A stretch of 64,000 nt of DNA, taken from contig VBOZ01000017.1 in NCBI GenBank assembly GCA_005893305.1, positions 12,853-76,852 of the forward strand, given 5' to 3'. A program made the position numbers and the translations under genes. Source of the DNA: Candidatus Eiseniibacteriota bacterium (GTDB taxonomy: Bacteria; Eisenbacteria; RBG-16-71-46; SZUA-252). Each line of letters starts with the position of its first letter. Positions within the stretch are counted from its first letter, which is position 1. Positions 28,191 through 38,399 of this stretch are shown piece after piece. Below the pieces are notes generated by a model, which was not told the DNA's origin, did no database searches, and saw nothing but the letters and a program-made list of their open reading frames with translations.

Positions 28191-29096
28191 GTGCAGGAGC
28201 TCTTCCAGCAGCTCGCAAACGGGATCGCGTGGGGAAGCATTTACGCCCTCATCGCGCTGGGATACACGATGGTCTACGGGATCCTGCGCCTCATCAACTT
28301 CGCGCACGGCGACGTCTACATGGTGGGGGCGTTCGTCGCGTACTACCTCGCCCTCTGGACCGGCGCGGGCGGCGCCAACGCCTCGCCGTTCGCCGCCGTT
28401 CTGGTGCTCCTCGGCGCGATGCTCGTCTGCGCCATCCTGGGAATGGCGATCGAGTTCTTCGCGTACCGGCCGGTCCGCCGCTCCTCTCGCATCACGGCGC
28501 TCATCACGGCGATCGGCGTTTCGCTCCTGCTCGAAAACGTGGGGCTCCGCGTGTTCGGCGCCGACCCCAAGTTCTTTCCGCAGCTGATCGCGCCGCGCCG
28601 GATCGAGCTTCCCGGCGGCGTCCTCGTGACGAACCACCAAATCACGGTGGTCGTGGTGTCCATTCTCCTCATGATCGGGCTCACCCTCTTCGTCCAGCGG
28701 ACGCGGACTGGGAAGGCGATGCGGGCCGTATCGTTCAACCGGGACGCCGCGAGCCTCATGGGGATCCCCGTGAACCGCATCATCACGATCACGTTCGCGA
28801 TCGGATCGGCCCTCGCGGCCGCGGCCGGCGTGCTGGTGGGGCTCACGAATCCCAAGATCGAGCCCCTCATGGGGATCATGCCCGGGATCAAGGCGTTCGT
28901 CGCCGCCGTGCTCGGCGGAATCGGGAGCGTCCCGGGCGCCGTGATCGGCGGACTCCTGATGGGCGTCTCGGAATACCTCGTGGTCGGGTACGTCTCCTCC
29001 ACCTACCGGGACGGGATCGCGTTCGTGATCCTCATCCTCGTGCTCCTGATCAAGCCGGCGGGGCTCCTGGGAAGGAATGTCGCAGAGAAAGTTTAG
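28191..29096 (+). CDS. livH: branched-chain amino acid ABC transporter permease LivH
   Basis: GIAWGSIYALIALGYTMVYGILRLINFAHGD LivH N-terminal signature; 8 TM. Confidence 0.9.
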   Translation: MQELFQQLANGIAWGSIYALIALGYTMVYGILRLINFAHGDVYMVGAFVAYYLALWTGAGGANASPFAAVLVLLGAMLVCAILGMAIEFFAYRPVRRSSRITALITAIGVSLLLENVGLRVFGADPKFFPQLIAPRRIELPGGVLVTNHQITVVVVSILLMIGLTLFVQRTRTGKAMRAVSFNRDAASLMGIPVNRIITITFAIGSALAAAAGVLVGLTNPKIEPLMGIMPGIKAFVAAVLGGIGSVPGAVIGGLLMGVSEYLVVGYVSSTYRDGIAFVILILVLLIKPAGLLGRNVAEKV

Positions 29097-30084
29097 CCTG
29101 GGGCGCCGCGTCCTCTGGACCGCGGGGACCCTCCTCGCGGCCTGGGCGCTCGACCGGATCGCCGCCCAGGCGGTCAACCCGTACATCTATCGAATCCTCG
29201 TGCTCTGTGGGCTCAACGCGATCCTCGCGCTCAGCCTGAACCTCGTGAACGGGATCACCGGCCAGTTCTCGATCGGACATGCCGGATTCATGGCGGTCGG
29301 CGCCTACACCTCGGCCGCGTTCACGGTCTACGCCGTGCCGAAGCTCTTCGGAGTCGATGCCGCGGAGGGAGGGCTCGGCGCCGCCTTCCCGCTCCTCTGC
29401 GCGATCCTCCTCGGCGGAGCGTGCAGCGCGGTCGCTGGATTTCTCGTGGGGCTCCCTTCGATGCGGCTCCGCGGCGACTACCTGGCGATCGTGACGCTCG
29501 GGTTCGGGGAGATCATTCGGGTCGTCATTCTGAATGTCGAGGCGGTCGGCGGCGCGCGCGGATTCGCGGGGGTTCCGCACCGGACCAATCTCGCGTGGGT
29601 GCTGGGCGGCGTGCTCGGCACGTTCGTCGTCATACGCCACCTGATGCGCTCCTATCACGGGAGGGCGTTCCTCGCGATCCGCGAGGACGAGATCGCGGCC
29701 GAGTCGCTCGGCGTGCCGACGACGAGGTACAAGGTCATGGCGTTCGTCATCGCGGCCTTCTTCGCGGGCGCGGCGGGCGCTCTCTTCGCCCACTACACGT
29801 ATCTCCACACGAACAGCTTCACGTTCATGAAGTCGATCGAGGTGATCGTGATGGTGGTGCTTGGAGGCATGGGGAGCCTGACGGGCTCTCTCCTCGGCGC
29901 GACCATTCTGACCGCGCTCCCCGAGGCGCTCCGCTTCGCGAGCTCCGATCGCCTCATCATCTATTCGATTCTCCTCATCGTTCTCATGATCGTGCGGCCG
30001 CAGGGGATCCTGGGCCGCGGCGAGCTCTCCGTCCGAGGGCTCACCCGGCTGTGGAGGCGGCCGCGGCCGGCCGGGACGCCATGA
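29077..30084 (+). CDS. livM: branched-chain amino acid ABC transporter permease LivM
   Basis: [27 protein letters not shown] and GIxGGARGF LivM motifs; overlaps livH by 20 nt. Confidence 0.9.
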   Translation: MSQRKFSLGRRVLWTAGTLLAAWALDRIAAQAVNPYIYRILVLCGLNAILALSLNLVNGITGQFSIGHAGFMAVGAYTSAAFTVYAVPKLFGVDAAEGGLGAAFPLLCAILLGGACSAVAGFLVGLPSMRLRGDYLAIVTLGFGEIIRVVILNVEAVGGARGFAGVPHRTNLAWVLGGVLGTFVVIRHLMRSYHGRAFLAIREDEIAAESLGVPTTRYKVMAFVIAAFFAGAAGALFAHYTYLHTNSFTFMKSIEVIVMVVLGGMGSLTGSLLGATILTALPEALRFASSDRLIIYSILLIVLMIVRPQGILGRGELSVRGLTRLWRRPRPAGTP

Positions 30085-30872
30085 ATACTGCTCCCGTCCC
30101 CGCCGTCAGCGCGATCCTCGCCCTTCGCGGCGTGACCTGCATGTTCGGCGGGCTCAAGGCCGTCTCGGATCTGGACCTCGATCTTCCGCCGGGCATTCTG
30201 GCCGGGCTGATCGGGCCGAACGGAGCGGGGAAGACCACGGTCTTCAACCTGATCACGGGGGTCTACACTCCCACCGAGGGGGAGATCGTCTTCGAGGGGA
30301 AGCCGATCCACGGGCGCCCGACGAGCGCGATCGCCCGCGGCGGGGTGGCGCGCACGTTTCAAAGCCCCCGGCTCTTCGCGGAGCTGACCTGTCTCGACAA
30401 CGTCCGCATCGCCTGCCACACGCATGCGCGCGCCCGGCTCCTCGACAGCGTGCTCGAGACCCAGCGCTCGGTGGACGAGGAGGCCGACATCCTCCAGCGC
30501 TCCGACGCGCTGCTCGAGACGTTCGCGCTCTCCCAGTATCGCGACTCGCCGGCGCGCAGTCTTCCGTACGGCCAGCAGCGCCGTCTTGAGATCGCCCGCG
30601 CCCTCGCGGCCGAGCCGCGGCTGCTGCTCCTCGACGAGCCCGCGGCCGGGCTCAACCCGCAGGAAACCCAGACGCTGATGGAGCTGATCCGCCAAGCGCG
30701 GGAGTTCTACGGGCTCACCGTGCTCCTGATCGAGCACGACATGAAGGTCGTGATGGGAATCTGCCAGCGGATCACGGTGCTCGACTACGGCGTCAAGATC
30801 GCGGAGGGGGACCCGGATCGGATCCGGAGCGACCCCGCCGTGATCGAAGCCTATCTGGGAGAAGGACCGTGA
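30081..30872 (+). CDS. livG: branched-chain amino acid ABC transporter ATP-binding protein LivG
   Basis: Walker [13 protein letters not shown] signature [13 protein letters not shown], Walker B LLLLDEP; ATG overlaps livM stop. Confidence 0.9.
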   Translation: MNTAPVPAVSAILALRGVTCMFGGLKAVSDLDLDLPPGILAGLIGPNGAGKTTVFNLITGVYTPTEGEIVFEGKPIHGRPTSAIARGGVARTFQSPRLFAELTCLDNVRIACHTHARARLLDSVLETQRSVDEEADILQRSDALLETFALSQYRDSPARSLPYGQQRRLEIARALAAEPRLLLLDEPAAGLNPQETQTLMELIRQAREFYGLTVLLIEHDMKVVMGICQRITVLDYGVKIAEGDPDRIRSDPAVIEAYLGEGP

Positions 30873-31585
30873 TCCTGCTCGAGCTCGAGGCGACGCACGT
30901 CCACTACGGGGCGATCCACGCGCTCAAGGGAGTCTCGATCTCGGTCGAGGAGGGGCAGATCGTCACCCTGGTCGGCGCGAACGGGGCAGGGAAGAGCACG
31001 ACCCTCCGCGCGATCTCGGGCCTATTGAAGCCCAGCGCCGGCGCGATCCGCTATCGCGGGAATTCGATCGCGGGGCGTCCCGCCCACGAGATCGTGAAGC
31101 TCGGGATCTCCCACGTTCCCGAGGGTCGGATCGTCTTCGCGAATCTCTCGGTCGGCGACAACCTCGACCTGGGCGCCTACCTCCGCCGGGACCGCGCCGG
31201 GATCGCCGAGGATCTGAAGCGGATCTTCCGCCTCTTCCCGCGGCTCGAGGAGCGCCGGCGTCAGCCGTCCGGGACCCTGAGCGGCGGCGAGCAGCAGATG
31301 CTCGCGATCGGGCGGGCCTTGATGGCCCGGCCGAAGCTGCTTCTCATGGACGAGCCCTCCCTGGGGCTGGCGCCACTCCTGGTTCGAGAGATCTTCGCGG
31401 TCATCCGGGAGATCCGCGGGCAGGGGACGACGATCGTCCTGGTGGAGCAGAACGCGCGGATGGCGCTGGCGGTGGCCGACCGGGGCTACGTGCTCGAGAC
31501 CGGACAGGTCTGCCTCGCCGATCGGGCCGACGCGCTCCTGGCCAACCCGTCGGTCCAGGCCGCGTACCTGGGAGGGGCGGCGTGA
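30869..31585 (+). CDS. livF: branched-chain amino acid ABC transporter ATP-binding protein LivF
   Basis: GANGAGKSTT, LSGGEQQMLAIGRAL, LLLMDEPS; GTG overlapping livG stop. Confidence 0.9.
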   Translation: MILLELEATHVHYGAIHALKGVSISVEEGQIVTLVGANGAGKSTTLRAISGLLKPSAGAIRYRGNSIAGRPAHEIVKLGISHVPEGRIVFANLSVGDNLDLGAYLRRDRAGIAEDLKRIFRLFPRLEERRRQPSGTLSGGEQQMLAIGRALMARPKLLLMDEPSLGLAPLLVREIFAVIREIRGQGTTIVLVEQNARMALAVADRGYVLETGQVCLADRADALLANPSVQAAYLGGAA

Positions 31586-33015
31586 GCGCGGGCGGCGCGC
31601 GGCGGAACGGGGCGCGCGGCAAGCTCCGCGCGATCCCCTCGGTCGAATCGCTTCTCCAAACCCAGGCGCTCGCCGAGCTCGGGGCGCGCGTTCCGCGGAG
31701 CGTCGTGGTGGGGGCCGCGCGCGAGACGCTCGCCGCTCTGCGCGACTCGCTCCGCCGCGGCGCGCAGGGCAGCGCGCCCTCGGTCGAATCGCTTGCGGCC
31801 GAGACACGGCGCCGCGCGGAGCAGAGCCTCGTCCCGAGCTTGAAATCGGTGATCAATGCGACCGGCGTCATCCTCCACACGCACCTGGGGCGCGCGACCC
31901 TCCCCGAAACCGCGGTCGCCGCGGTTACCGAGGCGGCCCGCTCGTACACGAATCTGGAAATCGATCTGGAGAGCGGGAAGCGCGGCTCCCGCATGGCCCA
32001 TCTGGAGCCGCTCCTCCGCCAACTCCTGGGCGCGCCCGCGGTCCTCGTCGTGAACAACAACGCCGCGGCGATGCTCCTGGCTCTGAACACGTTGGCTTCC
32101 GGCCGGGAGGCGGTGATCTCCCGGGGTCACTTGGTCGAGATCGGCGGCTCGTTCCGGATTCCCGAGATTCTCGAGCGGGCCGGAGCGACCCTCCGCGAGG
32201 TCGGGACGACGAACCGGACCCGGCTCCGGGACTACGAAGGCGCCATCGGGCCCAAGACCGGGCTCCTCCTCCGGGTCCACGCCAGCAACTTCGCGATCGT
32301 CGGGTTTTCCGAGAGCGTGTCCCGCGAGGATTTGGTCCGCCTCGCCCGACGGAAGAAGATTCCGCTGCTCGAGGACGTCGGAAGCGGGGCGCTGATCGAT
32401 CTGAGACAGCTCGGGCTTCCGGAGGAGCCGCTCTTGAAAGAAGCTCTGGCCGAAGGGGTCCCCTTGGCGTGCGCGAGCGGCGACAAGCTCCTCGGCGGTC
32501 CTCAGGCGGGGATCCTCGCCGGGACGAAACGGATGATCGAGGCCTGCCGCGCGAACCCGATGGCGCGCGCGCTCCGCGTCGACAAGCTCACGCTCGCCGC
32601 GCTCGAAGCCACGCTCCGTCTCTATCGCGATCCGGAGACGCTCCGCGCCGCGGTCCCGGTGCTCCGGATGCTGGGAGAGCCCGCGGACACCGTGCGCGCC
32701 CGCGCGCGGCGCGTGGTGCGCGGTCTCGGTGCGGAACTCGCTGTCCTGACGGGCGCGGAGGTGATAGCCTCCACCGCCGAGGTGGGGGGAGGCTCGATGC
32801 CGCTCGCGCGCGTGCCTTCCTACGCTGTATCGGTACGCGCGCCGCGGGGGAAGATCGCCGATCTGGCGCGCGCGCTGCGCCTGGGTCCCGATCCGGTTCT
32901 CGGTCGGATCGAGGCAGATCGGCTGCTCCTCGACATGAGGACCGTCGCGAAAAGCGAAGTGCCGCGGCTGATCGCGTCGCTCGTCCGGGCGTCTCGGGAG
33001 GGGGAACAAGGGTGA
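31582..33015 (+). CDS. selA: L-seryl-tRNA(Sec) selenium transferase SelA
   Basis: INATGVILHTHLGRA, PLP-fold segment VNNNAAAMLLAL, HLVEIGGSFRIPE, lysine region SGDKLLGGPQAGI; GTG overlaps livF stop. Confidence 0.9.
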   Translation: MSAGGARRNGARGKLRAIPSVESLLQTQALAELGARVPRSVVVGAARETLAALRDSLRRGAQGSAPSVESLAAETRRRAEQSLVPSLKSVINATGVILHTHLGRATLPETAVAAVTEAARSYTNLEIDLESGKRGSRMAHLEPLLRQLLGAPAVLVVNNNAAAMLLALNTLASGREAVISRGHLVEIGGSFRIPEILERAGATLREVGTTNRTRLRDYEGAIGPKTGLLLRVHASNFAIVGFSESVSREDLVRLARRKKIPLLEDVGSGALIDLRQLGLPEEPLLKEALAEGVPLACASGDKLLGGPQAGILAGTKRMIEACRANPMARALRVDKLTLAALEATLRLYRDPETLRAAVPVLRMLGEPADTVRARARRVVRGLGAELAVLTGAEVIASTAEVGGGSMPLARVPSYAVSVRAPRGKIADLARALRLGPDPVLGRIEADRLLLDMRTVAKSEVPRLIASLVRASREGEQG

Positions 33016-34634
33016 TCGAAGCGGACGTCGAGCGCTACACGGATCCACAGGCCTTCGCGCGCGAGGTCAACCTTCCGCTTCTCGGGATCTCCAGCGTCGA
33101 CCCGGTGCCCAGCGGTGCGGGCGTCTCCGCGATGCTCGGGATCCTGGCCCCGCCCGCCCTTTCCTCGGTGGTCGACGGTCTCGTGGAAACCCGCCAAACC
33201 CTGACGCTCCGATCCCTCCTTCTGGCCGGCTTCCCCGACGATCCCGAATGCTTCGCGACAGGGCTGGCCCTGGCGCGCGAATGGAGCCGCCGCGGCCTCA
33301 AGGTCGCGGTCGTCGACCTCGACTTCTGGAATCCTACCGTCGTCCGCCCACGGCCCCATCCGAACGAAGGCTTCGTCGACATGCTGGAGTACGGCTGCTC
33401 GTTCCGCCGGGTCGCCTGGGAGATCGTGGCGGACGGACTCTGGCTGGTCGGCCCCGGGAGTCACCCTCCCGACGAGACCCGGATCGCGGACCATCGCGAC
33501 TGGGAGCGCGCTTCCCGCGGCCTGGCGGCCCACGTGGCCGTGACCCTCTTCGTCGCGCCCCTCCTCGACCGGCGCGGCTTTGTCGGAAAGCTGTCGAAGC
33601 GGATGGACGGGGTGCTGTTGGCGGCTTCCGTCGCGCGTGTCGGCCGCGCCGAGCTGCGAGATGCCTTCCTAGAGCTTTGGGGATCGGACGCTCCGATCAT
33701 CGGATGCGTCGGGATCGAGCCGTCGATGCAGCCGGCCCCGACGATCGCGCCGGTTCGCAGGGCGGGGGACGCTCCCACTCCGGCGCCTCCGGCCGCGACG
33801 GTTGCTCCGACGCCTCCGGCCGCGACGGTTGCCCCGACGCCTCCGCCCCCGGCGGTCCCGGCCATGCCTCCGGCTCCGGCGCCCGATTCGGTGCATACGG
33901 TTCCGGTGGGCGCGTGGGACGCGCCTCCTCCGCGCCGCGACTTTCCCGAGCCGCCGCCCCGACCGATTCCTTCGCGCGCCGCGATCGAGCCCGGCCCGTC
34001 CGCGACTCGAGGCGAGGACCGGGATCACGCCGATCTCACGGCCACCCTCGATCGGGAAGTCCGCTACGGAGGGAGAAGGCGAACGCGGGGTCGGCGCTCC
34101 AATACGGGGCTCTTGGTCGGGATCGGCGTCGGTCTCGTGGTCGCGGCCAGCGTTGCCGTCGTCGTGTCGCGCCAGCCCCGGCTGCCTCTGAGCAGGGAGA
34201 CCCTTCCGGCGGGCACGGAGGAGGTGCAGCCCGCGCCGTCGGAGTCCGCTCCTCCCGCCGACCAGGGCGGAGGAGAATCGTCAGCTCCGCTCGCGGGCAG
34301 CGCGGGCGCGACCTCGCCATCGTCTGGCACGTCCGCGGGCGCCGCGGGAAGCGCCGAGAGCGGGGTCATTCCGCCCTCCGCGCCGACGCCGGATACGCCG
34401 TTCCGCGTCCACGTCGCCTCATTCAAGTCCGAGGACAAGGTGCGTGGACTGGTCCGCCAGCTCCGGCTCCGCGGCGCGGACGCCTGGTATGAGCCGGCGC
34501 CCACCGCGTCGGGATACTACCGGGTCTTCGTCGGACACTTCGCCACCGAGGCCGAGGCGCGAGCCCACGCGCGGTGGCTTCTCGAGAACGGCTGGGTCGA
34601 CCGGGCTGAAGCCTACCCTTCGACTCCGAGGTAG
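33012..34634 (+). CDS. SPOR-domain protein with N-terminal degenerate ParA/MinD-like (P-loop-less) domain and Pro-rich linker
   Basis: C-terminal SPOR fold (FRVHVASFKSEDKVRGLVRQLRLRGADAWYEP...YYRVFVGHFATEAEARAHARWL); N-terminal GLKVAVVDLDFWNPTV resembles ParA family but lacks GKT Walker A; GTG overlaps selA stop. Confidence 0.7.
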   Translation: MIEADVERYTDPQAFAREVNLPLLGISSVDPVPSGAGVSAMLGILAPPALSSVVDGLVETRQTLTLRSLLLAGFPDDPECFATGLALAREWSRRGLKVAVVDLDFWNPTVVRPRPHPNEGFVDMLEYGCSFRRVAWEIVADGLWLVGPGSHPPDETRIADHRDWERASRGLAAHVAVTLFVAPLLDRRGFVGKLSKRMDGVLLAASVARVGRAELRDAFLELWGSDAPIIGCVGIEPSMQPAPTIAPVRRAGDAPTPAPPAATVAPTPPAATVAPTPPPPAVPAMPPAPAPDSVHTVPVGAWDAPPPRRDFPEPPPRPIPSRAAIEPGPSATRGEDRDHADLTATLDREVRYGGRRRTRGRRSNTGLLVGIGVGLVVAASVAVVVSRQPRLPLSRETLPAGTEEVQPAPSESAPPADQGGGESSAPLAGSAGATSPSSGTSAGAAGSAESGVIPPSAPTPDTPFRVHVASFKSEDKVRGLVRQLRLRGADAWYEPAPTASGYYRVFVGHFATEAEARAHARWLLENGWVDRAEAYPSTPR

Positions 34635-34637
34635 CGT

Positions 34638-37600
34638 GTGTTCCTAAAACGGCTCGACATCCAGGGATTCAAATCCTTCCCCCAGCGCGTCCGGGTCGAG
34701 TTCGGCCCCGGCATTACGTCGGTCGTGGGACCGAACGGCAGCGGCAAGACGAACATCGTCGAGGCGATCCGCTGGGTGCTGGGCGAGCAGAACATGCGTC
34801 ACCTCCGCGGGGATACGCTGGAAGACGTGATCTTCACGGGGTCGGCGCACCGCAAGCCGCTCGGCATGGCGGAAGTCTCCCTCACGATGGTGAACAACCG
34901 GGGCGTTCTGCCTTCGGAATACACGGAGGTCATGATCGCCCGGAGAACGTTCCGGAGCGGGCAGAGCGAGTACTCGATCAATCGGAACGCGTGCCGGCTC
35001 AAGGACGTCCGCGAGCTCTTCCTGGACACCGGGATGGGATCGCACGCCTATTCGCTGATCGAGCGAGGCATGGTCGACAACGTGCTCTCCGACGAGAGCG
35101 GGCACCGGCGGTTCCTCTTCGAGGAAGCGGCGGGCATCATGCGGTACAAGACCCGGAAGAAGGAGGCGCTCCAGAAGCTCGACCTCACGCTCACCGATCT
35201 CACGCGCGTGAGCGACATCATCGCGGAGATCGAGAGGGAGGTTCGCTCCCTCGCGCGGCAGGTGGGCAAGGCGCGCCGCTACGGGCGGCTCAAGGATGAG
35301 ATCCGCCGGATCGATCTCGGCCTCGCGAAGGAGGAGTACGACCGGATCGCGAAGGAGACGGGCGCCCTCCGCGACGAGCGGGCGGGAGCCGAGAATCGCC
35401 GCGCCGCGATGGGAGGCGTTCTCGCGCGTCACGAAGCGGAGCTGGAGCAGCACAAGCTGGAGCTCCTGAAGCGCGAGGGGGAGGTCCGCCTCGCTCAGGA
35501 GGCCCTGAGCGAGCACGAAGCGCGCGGGGCGTCGCTTCTGAACGAGGTCGCGGTGCTCCGCGAGCGGCGCGCCGGCCTGGTCGAGAAGCTGGAGCACGCC
35601 CGCTCCGAATCGAGCCGGCTTCGGCAGAGCGTCGAGGAAGTCCGCTCGCATGCGGAGCGGCTGACCGCGGAGCGCGCGCGTCTCGATCAGACCCAGGCGG
35701 AGCGCGACTCCGAGGAGCGGCGTCTCTTGGCCAAGCTGGCCGGGCTGGGCCCCGATCTCGAGCAGCGCCGCACCGCGCTCGCGGAGAGGAAGCAGCTCTC
35801 CCTCGATCTCTTCGAAGCCCGCGTGCTTCAGGAGAGCTCGGCCCGCGCGTGGAAGGAAAAGCGCGCGGAGCTCGCCAACCGGCGCGAGGAGCTCGGCAAG
35901 CAGCGCGCATCGCTCGCCCTCGAAGAGGAGACCCTGCGCGCCGGGCTTCAGGGGATCGAGCGCTTGATGACGGGAACGGCCGCGGAGGTGGAGCGCGCGA
36001 AGGCGGGCGTTCAGGCGGCCCTCGCCTCCATCGCGGAGGCGGAATCGAAGATCGCGGAGCAGGACGGGTTGGAAATGCGGGCCCGGGAAGCGCAGGCGGC
36101 CCTCGAGGCGCGCCATGCGACGCTCCGCGAGCTCAAGGAGCGCTACGAAGGCTACGACGCGAGCGTTCGCTGGCTGGTCGCGGGGCCGAGCCGGCCGGCG
36201 AGGATCCTCGGCACGGTGGGCGACGTGCTCCAGGCCTCCGGCGAGTGGCTCACCGCGCTCGAGGCGGCCCTGGGCGAAGCCGTGCAGTTCATCGTGGCCG
36301 AGCGGACCGACGCCGCCCTCCAGGCTCTTCAGGCGCTGGAGGGGAGCGGCGAGGGCCGCGCGACGTTCATCTCCCTCGACCGACTCTCCCGTTTCCGGGT
36401 CACGCCCCTCTCCGATGAAGTCTCGCAAGCGCCCGGCGTGCTCGGGCCGCTTCTCGACCACGTGCGATTCGAGCCCGGCTACGTCGCGCTCGCGTCGTTC
36501 CTTCTCTCCGGCGTCGTCGTGGTCGACTCGATCGAGGCGGGGCTCAAGCTGAACGAGCGCTTCGCCGCCGAGAGGCTGCACTTCGTCACGCGGCGCGGGG
36601 AGCGGGTCGTCGGCCCGGGAATCTTCCACGGCGGAAGCGGCTCCACTCGCGCCGGGTCGGTGCTCCGCCGCGAGGACGAGCTGACCGGGCTCGCCGGGGA
36701 GATCGAGGCCTCCGCCCGCGCCCTGGCCGGGACGGTCAAGGTCTCCGAGCAGTTCCGCCAGGTCCGCGCCGCGGCCGTGGCCGAGTTGGAGGAGGCGAAT
36801 CGGACCCTCGCCGTCGCGGAGCAGGCCCATCGCGCCCAGGAGTCGAGGCGGGCGGAGCTCACGATCCGCGGAGACGCGATGGTCCAGATGGCGGGCTCGC
36901 TGGCGGCGTCGCTTGCGGCCGTCGAGGCCGAGCACACGCGCGCCCTCGCCGAGACGGAGAGCGCCATGGCCGCACTCCAGACCGCCGACGAGGAGCGCGG
37001 ACGCGTGGACGGCATCCTCGCCCAGGAGGAGACGGCGGTCCGCGAGATCGAGCTGGAGCGGGAGCGGTCGGTCGCCCAGCACGCGGAGGCCCGCATCGAG
37101 GCGACCCGTTCGCGCGCCGCGGTCGAGTCGAGCCTCAAGGAGATCGAGCGGCTCATGGCGAGCGCCGCCGAGGCCGAGCGCGACATCCGGAGCCGAGATG
37201 AAGAGGCGGCGCTCACCGAGAAGCGCATCCAGGAGACCGACGCCCTCAGCGCCCAGCGCGAAGGCGAGCTGGCCCAGGAGGTCGAGCGAAAGACGGAGCG
37301 GGAGATGATCCTACAGAAGTCGCGCGACCGGTTCGGGGAGGTGATGGGCCTCGCCGACGACTTCGAGGCGCGCACCCGCGAGCACCGGCGGGAGCACGCC
37401 GAGCTGACCGAGCGGCTCCATCGCGCGGAGCTCGAGCAGGCCGAGGCCGACGGCGACAACCGCCGCCTCATCGAGCGGATCCGGAATGAATACGAGGTGG
37501 ATCTGGCGACCTACGTGCCGCCGGTCGAAGGCGCGATCGCGGAGGGCGAATCCGGCGCGGAGAATGCGCTCGCCGAGGTCGAGGATGTGGATGTCGAGGC

Positions 37601-38393
37601 GGAGGAGGGTCGTGTTCCGGACGAGGCGATCGTCGACCGCGGGGCAGCCTCCGACACGTCCCCGGGGGCGGCTCCCGTCCTAGCCGGCGCGCCGCGGGAA
37701 GACCGCGAGGCCAGACTCCGATTCCTCGGCGAGAAGCTCCGCGCGGTGGGGCCGGTCAACCTGCTCGCGCTCCAGGATTACGATGAGCGGCGCGAGCGGC
37801 TTCGCTTCCTCACGGGGCAGAGGCAGGATCTCGACGACGCCCGCCAGTCGCTCCTCGAAGCGATCCAGAAGATCAACGGCACCGCCTCGCAGCTCTTCCT
37901 GGACACGTTCGCCCTGGTGAACACGAACTTCCAGAAGGTGTTCACCTCGCTCTTCGAGGGAGGAGAGGCCGCGCTGCTCCTGACCGGGGAAGACCCGCTC
38001 GAGGCGGAGATCGAGATCCTCGCGCGCCCGCGCGGCAAGAAGCCGCAATCGCTCTCCCTCCTCTCGGGAGGCGAGAAGGCGCTCACCGCCATAGCACTCC
38101 TCTTCGCCATCTATCTCGTCAAGCCGAGCCCCTTCTGCATCCTCGACGAGGTGGACGCGCCGCTCGACGACGCCAACATCGACCGATTCGTCCGTCTACT
38201 CCGCGAATTCAGCGAGAAGACCCAGTTCATCGTCGTGACGCACAACAAGAAGACGATGGAGGTGGCCGACTGCCTCTACGGCGTCACGATGGAGGAGCTC
38301 GGGGTCTCGAAGCTTGTCTCCGTCCGCTGGAATCGGGAGCGACCGGCCGAGATCGAGCCCGCACCGGAGGAGCTCGCGCCGGTCGAATCGTAG
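34638..38393 (+). CDS. smc: chromosome segregation protein SMC
   Basis: 1251 aa; N-terminal Walker A GPNGSGKTNIVEAIRWVLGE, long coiled coils, hinge, C-terminal LSGGEKALTAIALLFAIY signature and Walker B ILDEVDAPLD. Confidence 0.97.
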   Translation: MFLKRLDIQGFKSFPQRVRVEFGPGITSVVGPNGSGKTNIVEAIRWVLGEQNMRHLRGDTLEDVIFTGSAHRKPLGMAEVSLTMVNNRGVLPSEYTEVMIARRTFRSGQSEYSINRNACRLKDVRELFLDTGMGSHAYSLIERGMVDNVLSDESGHRRFLFEEAAGIMRYKTRKKEALQKLDLTLTDLTRVSDIIAEIEREVRSLARQVGKARRYGRLKDEIRRIDLGLAKEEYDRIAKETGALRDERAGAENRRAAMGGVLARHEAELEQHKLELLKREGEVRLAQEALSEHEARGASLLNEVAVLRERRAGLVEKLEHARSESSRLRQSVEEVRSHAERLTAERARLDQTQAERDSEERRLLAKLAGLGPDLEQRRTALAERKQLSLDLFEARVLQESSARAWKEKRAELANRREELGKQRASLALEEETLRAGLQGIERLMTGTAAEVERAKAGVQAALASIAEAESKIAEQDGLEMRAREAQAALEARHATLRELKERYEGYDASVRWLVAGPSRPARILGTVGDVLQASGEWLTALEAALGEAVQFIVAERTDAALQALQALEGSGEGRATFISLDRLSRFRVTPLSDEVSQAPGVLGPLLDHVRFEPGYVALASFLLSGVVVVDSIEAGLKLNERFAAERLHFVTRRGERVVGPGIFHGGSGSTRAGSVLRREDELTGLAGEIEASARALAGTVKVSEQFRQVRAAAVAELEEANRTLAVAEQAHRAQESRRAELTIRGDAMVQMAGSLAASLAAVEAEHTRALAETESAMAALQTADEERGRVDGILAQEETAVREIELERERSVAQHAEARIEATRSRAAVESSLKEIERLMASAAEAERDIRSRDEEAALTEKRIQETDALSAQREGELAQEVERKTEREMILQKSRDRFGEVMGLADDFEARTREHRREHAELTERLHRAELEQAEADGDNRRLIERIRNEYEVDLATYVPPVEGAIAEGESGAENALAEVEDVDVEAEEGRVPDEAIVDRGAASDTSPGAAPVLAGAPREDREARLRFLGEKLRAVGPVNLLALQDYDERRERLRFLTGQRQDLDDARQSLLEAIQKINGTASQLFLDTFALVNTNFQKVFTSLFEGGEAALLLTGEDPLEAEIEILARPRGKKPQSLSLLSGGEKALTAIALLFAIYLVKPSPFCILDEVDAPLDDANIDRFVRLLREFSEKTQFIVVTHNKKTMEVADCLYGVTMEELGVSKLVSVRWNRERPAEIEPAPEELAPVES

Positions 38394-38399
38394 GGCGCC

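Noticed and set aside
29421-30080. N-terminal 220-aa extension of livG in the ORF track (483-aa ORF)
   Set aside because: The extension overlaps livM in another frame and has no ABC-ATPase similarity; the conserved LivG N-terminus begins at ATG 30081 overlapping the livM stop.
32469-33011. N-terminal 180-aa extension of the SPOR-protein ORF (721 aa)
   Set aside because: It overlaps selA out of frame and is Arg-rich junk; GTG 33012 coupled to the selA stop is the plausible start.
31500-34700. tRNA-Sec (selC) near selA
   Set aside because: All flanking genes overlap or are separated by <5 nt; there is no room for a ~95-nt tRNA and no UCA-anticodon tRNA-like fold was seen.
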